Positions 1 through 8,358 of a stretch of DNA of 58,548 nucleotides are shown piece by piece. This DNA is from a virus (lineage: Duplodnaviria > Caudoviricetes). The stretch covers positions 1 to 58,548 of the IMG/VR virus record IMGVR_UViG_3300046167_000506; one strand, given 5' to 3'. Position 1 is the first letter of the stretch. Each line of letters starts with the position of its first letter. The position numbers were made by a program, and so were the translations under genes. The notes beneath the pieces were generated by a model that worked only from the letters and a program-made list of their open reading frames with translations, made no database searches and was not told the DNA's origin.

Positions 1-8
1 GCGAAACC

Positions 9-401
9 TTGATGAAGATGCAAGAAGCTAAACTTGCAATATCTCTGCAGACCGACAATGAAAAATCCCCCACTCACTTAACAATCGAGGAGGCAGCTGC
101 AGCTGCTTGCCTCAAGGGGAACACCTACGACGATGCATACAGCAAAATCACTATGAAGATGATTGCTAGTATGGGTTACGGCGAGGAGATTAAACTCAAC
201 GAGAAGTACCACTTGTACCACTACTGCGAGGACGACTACATTGGGCTACGCCATGTTGACTTCGATTGCGAAGATATCTACGCAGTCCAGTACGCAATCC
301 TTGAAGATGACGGCAAAGGAAAATGCACCTACGATATCGTGATAAGCGTAGAGAATAATATAATCGCAGATTTGTTGGAGAAAACGGAGGCTGCCTTATG
401 A
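9..401 (+). CDS. hypothetical phage protein (may be 5'-truncated by the window edge)
   Basis: 130-aa ORF; ATGA overlap with the next ORF. Confidence 0.6.
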   Translation: MMKMQEAKLAISLQTDNEKSPTHLTIEEAAAAACLKGNTYDDAYSKITMKMIASMGYGEEIKLNEKYHLYHYCEDDYIGLRHVDFDCEDIYAVQYAILEDDGKGKCTYDIVISVENNIIADLLEKTEAAL

Positions 402-580
402 GTAAGCGCAGAAAACCAATCGTAACAACGATGTCTCGGGAGGAGATTATGAGCAAACACATTTGGTTACCAAGACTGCAGTTTTGTGCGTCTATGGTTC
501 TAAGGAAGAAGTGGCCTCGATGCAACGAGGATGAGCAGTATGAAGTCAGAAAGTATATCATTGAAAACTACGAATTATGA
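398..580 (+). CDS. hypothetical protein
   Basis: 60-aa ORF coupled by ATGA overlaps on both sides. Confidence 0.65.
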   Translation: MSKRRKPIVTTMSREEIMSKHIWLPRLQFCASMVLRKKWPRCNEDEQYEVRKYIIENYEL

Positions 581-837
581 ATGAGTTAAATATAATAGTT
601 ACCGGAGTTCGTTACTTCGAAACTCGAAGAGGTATAGGATACCAATGTAAAACCAATCTTGGGTTTGAGATTTGGAATGATGGAGACGGGGGTGGTACTT
701 ATGTAGACGGCGCCGGAGTGATGCCGAACCGAGATGTTTACAATGTGTTACGGAAACAATTTCCCAACGCGAGACCACATAGCTACGACATCGAGAGAGC
801 CCTGGAAGTATTAATCAATAAATACGAGGGCGTATGA
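577..837 (+). CDS. hypothetical phage protein
   Basis: 86 aa; IWNDGDGGGT motif; coupled overlaps. Confidence 0.7.
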   Translation: MNELNIIVTGVRYFETRRGIGYQCKTNLGFEIWNDGDGGGTYVDGAGVMPNRDVYNVLRKQFPNARPHSYDIERALEVLINKYEGV

Positions 838-974
838 CAGCGAGAGAAGCACACGAAAAGATCGATAGCGTAAAGTTTATGCTGCGATTAAGAGAGAATG
901 TACTGGGAGTTCATTACCTCGAAGCGGTGGAGGAATACATCGCCAAATTAGAAGTTGAATTAAATAATAAATAG
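834..974 (+). CDS. small hypothetical protein (46 aa, not in ORF track)
   Basis: ATG at 834 overlaps the TGA of the previous gene; MTAREAHEKIDSVKFMLRLRENVLGVHYLEAVEEYIAKLEVELNNK; TAG ends 1 nt before the next ATG. Confidence 0.65.
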   Translation: MTAREAHEKIDSVKFMLRLRENVLGVHYLEAVEEYIAKLEVELNNK

Positions 975-975
975 T

Positions 976-1764
976 ATGCCAAATTACGTATCACATCTAG
1001 TGAAAGTTGTTGGACAAACCAGCAACGTAGAGCAGTTTAAATCTGCAATCAGAAAGAAAGACGCACCCATTTTTGATGAGTCAGCGGTCATTGATTTTAA
1101 TAGGTTTATCAAGATGCCGGAAGCATTGATTGATAGCTATTCGCCGTCAGTTACTGAGCGAGTAGAGCAAGCTAAAGAGAACGGTGATTTCAGTATGGAA
1201 CAAGCTAGTGTATGGCTTGGTGAAGACATGAAGGGCGCAGCTCTTGAAGCAGCGCTGTCTAAAGAAAAAGAATTGAGAGATAAGCACGGCTATGACAACT
1301 GGTACAACTGGAGCGTAGCCAACTGGGGTGTAAAGTGGAATGCAGTTGAGCCGGTCATCGTGAGTGAGGACGAGAAGAACGGCATCACAACATTTGTATT
1401 TCACTTCCAAACAGCCTGGTCTATGCCGGAAGGAATCATTAAATCAATGGTGGGCATGTGCAAGTCTATGAAGGTTAGTATTGAAATTAAGAGTGAGGAA
1501 GAGGGAGGATATTTTGATTGCCTTACAACGATTACACCTAGCCACTACGAGGTGAACATTGGTGAGCCATTCTACTGGATGGAAGACAGCGAAGGAAAAG
1601 TATTTCGGATAGATAATCTTGAGGAAGAACAAATAGCTGCACTTGGGCTTGACCCGGATGACGTTACCGGAGAGCAGAGAGGCTTTTGGTGTGACAATAC
1701 TGGTGATTTATTTATTGATTTTAAACGTAGTAAAAAGCAAGTGTATGAATCAGAAAAAGCATAA
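976..1764 (+). CDS. DUF1281/YubB ferredoxin-like domain protein
   Basis: MPNY start, YDNWYNWSVANWGVKWNA and FQTAWSMP motifs typical of this family. Confidence 0.75.
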   Translation: MPNYVSHLVKVVGQTSNVEQFKSAIRKKDAPIFDESAVIDFNRFIKMPEALIDSYSPSVTERVEQAKENGDFSMEQASVWLGEDMKGAALEAALSKEKELRDKHGYDNWYNWSVANWGVKWNAVEPVIVSEDEKNGITTFVFHFQTAWSMPEGIIKSMVGMCKSMKVSIEIKSEEEGGYFDCLTTITPSHYEVNIGEPFYWMEDSEGKVFRIDNLEEEQIAALGLDPDDVTGEQRGFWCDNTGDLFIDFKRSKKQVYESEKA

Positions 1765-2122
1765 CATCACACAAAAGGTTCTGATGTTTATTCAATCAGA
1801 AAAGCCCGAGCATTTACATCAAGTCCAATCGTATGTACGAGCGGTGAGTAATGCTAAGAGTGATACGAACGAAGGATTCTATTCCAGTAACCTAAAGAGA
1901 CTTCTTGATAGAGGACTGATACATAGAATCCACACCGGAAAGTACATCGTCACCGAGTTAGGTGAGCTGTACATAGAGGATAGAATGGCGGCCAATAGAA
2001 TAATAATTCAAGAGCACCATAAAATCAAAATCAAAGACGCTGTTGAACTACTGGACAAAATCAAACAGCAGCTGATTGATGGAGACTACGAAGAGGGAGA
2101 TGTAATCACAATAAAAGTTTAA
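1745..2122 (+). CDS. winged-helix DNA-binding-like protein
   Basis: likely ATG at 1745; SSNLKRLLDRGLIHR...GKYIVTELG resembles a wHTH recognition helix plus wing. Confidence 0.55.
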   Translation: MNQKKHNITQKVLMFIQSEKPEHLHQVQSYVRAVSNAKSDTNEGFYSSNLKRLLDRGLIHRIHTGKYIVTELGELYIEDRMAANRIIIQEHHKIKIKDAVELLDKIKQQLIDGDYEEGDVITIKV

Positions 2123-2124
2123 TC

Positions 2125-2436
2125 ATGAAATATTATATAGCATACAACCCGGACAGCGAGAAGTTTAACCTGCGAGATAAAGAGCTGTGTAAAACCATTT
2201 TTACATCTAGTTCTAGAGGTCAATGTGAGGCTCGCCTAGAGCAACTCGTAACCAAGACTTACAAGCCCGATATGGAGCGGCTATACTACCTATGTGACCG
2301 CATGGATGATGTGTTAGAAAACATACATCAAAGATACAAGGGGGAGCACGATCTGAGTGATTATGATTTGCGCCGTACTTTACACATCCAGGCCGAAATT
2401 AAAATCGCACTTGGAATACCAGTTCAAAACAATTAA
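2125..2436 (+). CDS. hypothetical protein
   Basis: 103-aa ORF in operon context. Confidence 0.65.
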   Translation: MKYYIAYNPDSEKFNLRDKELCKTIFTSSSRGQCEARLEQLVTKTYKPDMERLYYLCDRMDDVLENIHQRYKGEHDLSDYDLRRTLHIQAEIKIALGIPVQNN

Positions 2437-2462
2437 ATTAGCAACACTAAATTCAATTCATT

Positions 2463-3023
2463 ATGAGTAAATTAAATGCAGCACTTGTAAAGGTGCAATC
2501 TCAATTGAAAGCGCCCAAGGGTCAGTTCAATAAGTTTGGTAACTACAACTATCGTAGCGCCGAAGACATCCTAGAAGCAGTTAAGCCACTGCTAAGTTCT
2601 AATGGTCTATCTATGACTATTTCTGATGAGGTCAAAGAGCTGGCCGGAATATTATTTATAGAATCTACGGTCCAGGTGACCGATGGCGAGTCTGCTGCTG
2701 AGGTAAAAGCCCAGGCAGGTGTTGACCCAAATCGAAAGGGAATGGATATCGCTCAATGCTTTGGAGCTTCGAGTTCATATGCACGCAAGTATGCCCTCAA
2801 TGGTATGTATTTAATTGACGATACCAAAGACGCTGACGCTACCAACACGCACGGCAAGAAGACTGCTTCGGCCCCGGTGAAAGATGGTGAATGGTTTACT
2901 AAAGCAATAGACTATATCAAGAATAGTAAAGACAAGAATCAAGCGTTCGAAATGGTACTAAGCAAGTACAAAGAATCTGCAAGCGCTAAGCAAATAGAAG
3001 CACTGCAAAAGTTTGTGCGATAA
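2463..3023 (+). CDS. erf: ERF-family single-strand annealing protein
   Basis: LKAPKGQFNKFGNYNYRSAEDILEAVKPLL and GASSSYARKYALNGMYLIDDTKDAD signature. Confidence 0.92.
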   Translation: MSKLNAALVKVQSQLKAPKGQFNKFGNYNYRSAEDILEAVKPLLSSNGLSMTISDEVKELAGILFIESTVQVTDGESAAEVKAQAGVDPNRKGMDIAQCFGASSSYARKYALNGMYLIDDTKDADATNTHGKKTASAPVKDGEWFTKAIDYIKNSKDKNQAFEMVLSKYKESASAKQIEALQKFVR

Positions 3024-3790
3024 TGGAATTCGCTAAGCAACTACAAGATGGTACTGGGAAGGGTTATCTTTCCTATAGCAGTATCAAACACGCACTCAAT
3101 GACATAAGGCTATGGGAAATGTACATGGCTGGTCAGTTGAGAAAAGAATCTCAAGCGCTGTGGTTTGGGAGCGTATACGATACACTGTTGTTTGAACCTA
3201 ACGAGTATCAAAACCGCTTCTACACCTTTGACGATAAAGAGATTTGCGTTGAGATTGGTGGCAAAAATCCTCGTGCTACAAAGAAGTACAAGGAGTGGAA
3301 GGAGACGCTGTATGTCGAAGCTAAGTCACTGGGCAAGGATGTTGTATCAGAGGAAGACTATATCATGGCTATAGATATGATCTCGAGGCTGGACGATTGT
3401 GGGCTGCTTGACAGCCACCTTACCGGTGAAGTGCAGGTGGAGTTCAACACCTGGATTGAGGACATACCGGTTCGAGGGTTCTTGGACTGCAAAATTCCTG
3501 GTACAATAATAGACAGCAAGAGTACTCGTAGCATCGGGGGATTTAAGCGTGATGTTTTTTCTTTTGGTTATGACATTCAAGCTTATATATACACATCGGT
3601 TTATCCTGGCAATGAGTTTGCTTGGGTAGCCCAGGAGAAAGCATACCCATATCTACCTGCATTGATACATGCAACCGATGAGACACTTCGCAGTGGGGAG
3701 TTTAAGTTTTGGAAAGCTGTTGATGCTATCAAACATCACTTTCAGCTGGACAGACCGGCCACTACTTTTTACAAAGAATTCTATGTTTAA
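3023..3790 (+). CDS. PD-(D/E)XK exonuclease (RecE/DUF3799-like), ERF partner
   Basis: LSYSSIK, RGFLD, IIDSKST, YDIQAYIY motifs; TAATG coupling to erf. Confidence 0.85.
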   Translation: MEFAKQLQDGTGKGYLSYSSIKHALNDIRLWEMYMAGQLRKESQALWFGSVYDTLLFEPNEYQNRFYTFDDKEICVEIGGKNPRATKKYKEWKETLYVEAKSLGKDVVSEEDYIMAIDMISRLDDCGLLDSHLTGEVQVEFNTWIEDIPVRGFLDCKIPGTIIDSKSTRSIGGFKRDVFSFGYDIQAYIYTSVYPGNEFAWVAQEKAYPYLPALIHATDETLRSGEFKFWKAVDAIKHHFQLDRPATTFYKEFYV

Positions 3791-3805
3791 TTTAATATCT
3801 ATATC

Positions 3806-4112
3806 ATGACTAAAAACGAGAATGTTTTAGCCGGATACTTCAATGAGATGAAGGTCTGGAGTGACACGGACGGGAAGTTCGTGCCGTTTACAACTGGCGT
3901 AAGCGGAGAGTTTAGTTTCACCCTTGAAGAACTTGAGGACGTGAAGAAGTTTGCAACCCACAACGCGAAGACACCGCGAGTTTACTTTGAACTCAAGATG
4001 TCCCGCAAGACTGGGCGTCCTTATGCAATCGTTAAAGACCCTAGCACCTTGGGGCAAGAAAGAAGATAAGCAGCCAGTAGCCCAAGAAGAGAGCGATGGT
4101 CTGCCGTTCTAA
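3806..4112 (+). CDS. SSB-like protein with acidic C-terminal tail (apparent extra base near 4050)
   Basis: removing one base at ACCTTGGGG extends the ORF as ...TWGKKEDKQPVAQEESDGLPF*, a typical SSB DxLPF tail; lies after erf and the exonuclease. Confidence 0.6.
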
Positions 4113-4151
4113 GATCGAGGACACCCTAGTATCTTATGGTATGTTTTTCGT

Positions 4152-4181
4152 GGGGAATGGAGCGAGTTGGTTCTGTTCCCC
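4152..4181 (+). other. GC-rich hairpin after the SSB-like gene
   Basis: GGGGAATGGAGC pairs with GTTCTGTTCCCC (with G-U pairs); no U-tract. Confidence 0.35.
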
Positions 4182-4232
4182 CGACATACCTAGGCTAAGA
4201 GAGGTGGCAAGGAAATATCGTTTACGATAGAC

Positions 4233-4436
4233 GTGGTAAAACACATAGACAAAACACTGAGCTTACCGAACAAAGGAAAGAGTGACTACAAGATAGTCAT
4301 CATACCAAACAAAGTTGGAGACAACCTAATCTTACTTGAGGGTAAAGATGTTTGGGGTCGGGAGACCATGACCTTTGATGAGATAGCGAAACTAATTAAG
4401 TATAAAGAGCGAATCGAATATAAAAATGGAATATAA
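4233..4436 (+). CDS. hypothetical protein (start uncertain)
   Basis: 67-aa ORF overlapping the next start. Confidence 0.5.
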   Translation: MVKHIDKTLSLPNKGKSDYKIVIIPNKVGDNLILLEGKDVWGRETMTFDEIAKLIKYKERIEYKNGI

Positions 4437-4752
4437 TTTAGAAGACGTACCCGACTACTACATAGGAGAGCACAAGGCGATTGAAGCTATGGATGTTGTC
4501 TTGGATTTTCAGAGGACTAACTACAATGTAGGTACAGCACTTACCTACCTTATGAGGGCCGGCAAGAAGCCGGAGAATCCTATGAAACAAGACATTATAA
4601 AAGCAATAGTACACCTTAAAAGAGAACTCGACCTTATCGACTATGAAAGTAACCATCTACCAATCAATAACGGACACCAAGAATCCATTTCACATTCCAC
4701 TTGGTACAGCACTGCAACGAATCAAGTCCGGGAAGAGCAAGGACATAGTTGA
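4426..4752 (+). CDS. DUF3310 (SaV / T7 gp1.7-like nucleotide kinase) family protein
   Basis: PDYYIG..IEAMDV, GTALTYLMRAGKK, QDIIKAIVHLKRE pattern. Confidence 0.8.
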   Translation: MEYNLEDVPDYYIGEHKAIEAMDVVLDFQRTNYNVGTALTYLMRAGKKPENPMKQDIIKAIVHLKRELDLIDYESNHLPINNGHQESISHSTWYSTATNQVREEQGHS

Positions 4753-6481
4753 TAAGATACGAGACACTGGAGAGAAAGACCTTAAAATATCATTACCCGC
4801 TGTATTGTTTAGCGGGATGTTTGAGGAGAGAAAAGACGCTGGATTAAAACAACACAGTGGATTTATTGTACTCGATATTGATGACCTTAGTAATCCTAAA
4901 GAAGTAAAGCAAACTCTGTCTCTTGACTCTTATGTTTACTCGTGTTGGCTATCGCCCAGCGGTAAGGGAGTAAAGGCTTTGATAAAGATTAACGATAGCA
5001 CCAGGCATAGAGAACATTTCTTTGCTATTGAAAGCTATTTCGAGAAGCATTATAATATTGTTGTTGACCCCACCGGAAAGAATGTATCAAGAGCTTGCTA
5101 CGAAAGCTATGATAGTGAACTGTATCTAAACGAAGACAGTGAAACCTTTACTGCTTACGTCAGTGAAGAAAAGAAGGAGTCTAAACCAAAGCAAGAAGTC
5201 GTTAAGCCTCAAGAGTACACCGACTACAACAAGCTAAACATAGCAGCGTCTATGATACGCAGTGCTGCAGACGGAGAGAAGCATCATGCTTTGTATAACG
5301 CAGCTCGATTGTGTGGCGGATACATTGCCGGCGGCAAGATGCTTGAAGAAGAAGCTATCCGGGTGTTAGAGTATGAGATATCTTTGAGGGATATAAAGGA
5401 TTTTGATCATGCTAAGAAAACCATTAAAGATGCGCTAAACGAGGGCAAGGGTATGCCTATCCACGAGGTGCTGACCTTTGAGAAAACCGAGCAGCGTAAG
5501 CAGCGTGTGAAGGATGGAGACATGAGCTTCATTGCGCCCACTGACGATGACTTCAAATGGATTGAAGATTTCTCTCAAGGTAAAATTGAGATGGGACTGA
5601 TTACCGGAAGCCCCGCGCTAGATAAATACTTTAGATACAAGAGAGAGTTTACTATACTCAATGGACACAGCAACGTGGGCAAGACTACATTTGTGTTATT
5701 CCTTATGGTGAACTCAAGCATCAAGCACGGGTGGAAGTGGTGTGTGTATTCATCAGAGAACGCAACCGCTAGTACCAAGATGAGGCTAATGGAATTTGCT
5801 ACTGACCGAAAGGTGGACCGCATGTCTCGCAATGAATTAGCAAGTGCGTACAACTGGGTAAACAAACACTTCATTTTCTTTAGCAACAAAGACATGTATT
5901 CTTTTCACGACATACTAGCATTCACTGACAAGGTGAGAGAGAGTCAGAAGATTGATGCATTGTTTATCGACCCGTATAATTCTCTGAAGATTGACATGGG
6001 GCAGCACTCAAAGATTCGGGATACACGAGTACCACTACGAAGCGGCATCGAACTATTAAATTACAGCGTCAATAATGAACTCGCAATTTGGTTAAACACT
6101 CATGCTGTAACTGAGGCGCAGCGACGTAAAGATGGCGAAGGCTATCCGATTGCGCCCTATGCTGAGGACAGTGAGCACGGCGGCAAGTGGGTCAACCGCT
6201 GTTCGTGCTTCCTCACAATCCACAGAAAGGTCCAGCATCACGATCCAATAGTCAGAAAAACTACCGAGTTCCATGTTCGGAAGGTTCGTATGGTTGAGAC
6301 CGGGGGGTCTCCAACTCCCTTGTATGAGCCGATTGAATTTCAAATGAACATCACTAATACTGGGTTCTACTGTACTAAAGACAAAGGGAATAAAATATTT
6401 ACTCCTATTAGTGAGCAGTTTGACACATACATTCCGCCAAGCTCAGCTGAGAATGCATTCGATATGACAAACATGATATGA
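4643..6481 (+). CDS. primase-helicase: BT4734/VirE-N-like primase domain fused to an SF4 (DnaB/Twinkle-like) helicase
   Basis: SGFIVLDID, WLSPSGKGVK, DPTGKNVSRACYESYD in the N-terminus; Walker A GHSNVGKT and IDPYN in the C-terminus; compensated double indel near 6015-6050 (HEYHYEAAS in the alternate frame). Confidence 0.85.
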   Translation: MKVTIYQSITDTKNPFHIPLGTALQRIKSGKSKDIVDKIRDTGEKDLKISLPAVLFSGMFEERKDAGLKQHSGFIVLDIDDLSNPKEVKQTLSLDSYVYSCWLSPSGKGVKALIKINDSTRHREHFFAIESYFEKHYNIVVDPTGKNVSRACYESYDSELYLNEDSETFTAYVSEEKKESKPKQEVVKPQEYTDYNKLNIAASMIRSAADGEKHHALYNAARLCGGYIAGGKMLEEEAIRVLEYEISLRDIKDFDHAKKTIKDALNEGKGMPIHEVLTFEKTEQRKQRVKDGDMSFIAPTDDDFKWIEDFSQGKIEMGLITGSPALDKYFRYKREFTILNGHSNVGKTTFVLFLMVNSSIKHGWKWCVYSSENATASTKMRLMEFATDRKVDRMSRNELASAYNWVNKHFIFFSNKDMYSFHDILAFTDKVRESQKIDALFIDPYNSLKIDMGQHSKIRDTRVPLRSGIELLNYSVNNELAIWLNTHAVTEAQRRKDGEGYPIAPYAEDSEHGGKWVNRCSCFLTIHRKVQHHDPIVRKTTEFHVRKVRMVETGGSPTPLYEPIEFQMNITNTGFYCTKDKGNKIFTPISEQFDTYIPPSSAENAFDMTNMI

Positions 6482-6918
6482 GAAAAAAGAAAACCGGCGC
6501 AGTAAGAAGCAAGAAAGTCAAGCACGATGGTATTGAATTCCAATCAAAGCTTGAGCTATACTGCTACAAAAAACTTAAGACCAGTAAACTATCTTTTGAT
6601 TACGAAGGGCATAGGTTTGAGGTGTTAGAATCTTTTAGACACGAAGGGTTCTATGGTAAGAAGGCGGCTCGTGGCTTTAGCTTGAAGGAAGACAAGTTGA
6701 TACGAGCTGTCACTTACACTCCCGACTTTGTATCGCACAAACATAAGTTTGTTATTGAGACTAAGGGATTTGTTCCGTCAAACCACAGCTTCCCTCTTAG
6801 GTTTAAGATGTTCCTACTTCACTTAAAGAACAATTCTATGGGTGATTATGATGTGTACATCCCTCGTAATCAGAAAGAGGTTGATGAGGTAGTTATGCAC
6901 ATTGTTAATAACATGTAG
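6478..6918 (+). CDS. T7 endonuclease I / DUF1064-like PD-(D/E)XK nuclease (Holliday junction resolvase candidate)
   Basis: FQSKLE, YTPDF, IETKG motifs. Confidence 0.8.
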   Translation: MRKKKTGAVRSKKVKHDGIEFQSKLELYCYKKLKTSKLSFDYEGHRFEVLESFRHEGFYGKKAARGFSLKEDKLIRAVTYTPDFVSHKHKFVIETKGFVPSNHSFPLRFKMFLLHLKNNSMGDYDVYIPRNQKEVDEVVMHIVNNM

Positions 6919-6974
6919 CGGTGTTGTGAATTATGGTGTGAGGTTTGTTTTAAATTAATAGAAACAAAACAGCC

Positions 6975-7196
6975 ATGAATCCGCAGGAATTATCAAAACT
7001 TTATTACAGCGCTTGTGAAAATGCTCACAAGGAGATTGATCAGCTGTATGAATCCTGCCACGAATCAAATGGAGATCCTATTTCTGATACAGAAAAAATA
7101 ATTCACACACTACAAAGGGTGAACCAAAAGGTTCGTATAGAACTTGATCTAATTAAGTCGGCTGTCATTGAACATCACGAAACAAATGGCCGATAA
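6975..7196 (+). CDS. hypothetical helical protein
   Basis: 73-aa ORF. Confidence 0.6.
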   Translation: MNPQELSKLYYSACENAHKEIDQLYESCHESNGDPISDTEKIIHTLQRVNQKVRIELDLIKSAVIEHHETNGR

Positions 7197-7533
7197 TTTT
7201 AGATGCGCTAAGTGTAAGCAGCGTAAACCAAGGGAGGAATTTCACAAGGACAAAAGCAGACCGTCCGGAGTACAGAGATACTGTAAGCCTTGCAAGAAAA
7301 ACGTAGACGTTCACGGAAAGAAAACACTTGACGGAAAGTTTGTGCTATACTATTTACCCAAAGAGCGGTACATAGGCATGACTAAAAACTACTCCAGGAG
7401 AGTCAAGCGTCACAAAGAAAACGGTAAGAATGTAGAGTGGGCTTTCATTGTAGTAAAAACTAAACACATGAAGCTAGCGCATCTACTAGAAACACTGCTT
7501 CACATGCTAGGCTTTAATGGGTTTAGGTACTAG
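7186..7533 (+). CDS. Zn-finger plus GIY-YIG-like small nuclease
   Basis: CAKC...CKPC, then VLY(x7)YIGMT...RRVKRH and a downstream conserved-type E (LLE). Confidence 0.65.
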   Translation: MADNFRCAKCKQRKPREEFHKDKSRPSGVQRYCKPCKKNVDVHGKKTLDGKFVLYYLPKERYIGMTKNYSRRVKRHKENGKNVEWAFIVVKTKHMKLAHLLETLLHMLGFNGFRY

Positions 7534-7996
7534 GTATATCAAAGTCTACATACTCGATAGTCAACTCACCGTCTTCCGCAGCGTCAGCTAAGTCCGGGTA
7601 TATTCTTTTGTAAGCATCAACCGAAGACCCAATGAATCCCTCTTTGGTTATGTTCTGCTGCGAGTGATCTCCTACCAGTAAACAACCAGCAGTGTGGTCA
7701 TCAGTGTTCCCAGTATGAATAAGTATGTACTCAAAGTTTGGGACGTCGCGTACCCAAAGCATGCCGCGATGAAACCCACCATACTTTCTACCATAGCGGG
7801 AGTGAAATCCACCGGTGGTTCTAAGCGTGACCTTATACTCTCCTGCAGGTACTCGTGTTTCCCCGTAAACTTTTTCTTCTCTATGCTCATCTTCTAGTGT
7901 GAATGCTAAGAAATCTCTGTTCCCGTCTGTTATATCAAACAACAACCCCAGTGTACTGTCTTCTTGCGAAGAGAATCTTACTACTTGTAGTTTCAT
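7523..7996 (-). CDS. DUF5675-family putative endolysin (L,D-transpeptidase-like)
   Basis: STLG..TLED..RVPAGEY..VPNFEYILIHTGNTDDHTAGCLLVG (H...C pair); next to the holin. Confidence 0.85.
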   Translation of the reverse strand: MKLQVVRFSSQEDSTLGLLFDITDGNRDFLAFTLEDEHREEKVYGETRVPAGEYKVTLRTTGGFHSRYGRKYGGFHRGMLWVRDVPNFEYILIHTGNTDDHTAGCLLVGDHSQQNITKEGFIGSSVDAYKRIYPDLADAAEDGELTIEYVDFDIPST

Positions 7997-8358
7997 TTTG
8001 TTCTTCCTTTTTTATCAATCGATCTTACCGCAAAGTAACCACCAACAACAGTGACACTGAGCATGTTCCATAAGTTAATCCAAGCTGAGTTGACATCTAC
8101 AATTCCGAGGCCATCAAAGAAAGTCATCAACACTAGAAAAACCACAACCACTATAAGGGTGAGCGGGCGTACATTCTTAGACAACCAAGACGTAGAGTCC
8201 ATGTCTGATTCCCAGCGTTTGCTAATCTCTTGTTCAATCTGCGCCTTTGCTGCAGCCTTTTCTTCCGGAGTCGCCACGAACTTGTCGACGATATTGCCTA
8301 CCGCGTTCACAGTTTCTGTTGCACTCCCTCCTAAAATCTTTTTAATAATATTACTCAT
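7993..8358 (-). CDS. holin (3TM/GTA-holin-like)
   Basis: RWESDMDSTSWLSKNVRPLTL followed by hydrophobic helices and GGYFAVRS.DK basic tail. Confidence 0.85.
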   Translation of the reverse strand: MSNIIKKILGGSATETVNAVGNIVDKFVATPEEKAAAKAQIEQEISKRWESDMDSTSWLSKNVRPLTLIVVVVFLVLMTFFDGLGIVDVNSAWINLWNMLSVTVVGGYFAVRSIDKKGRTK

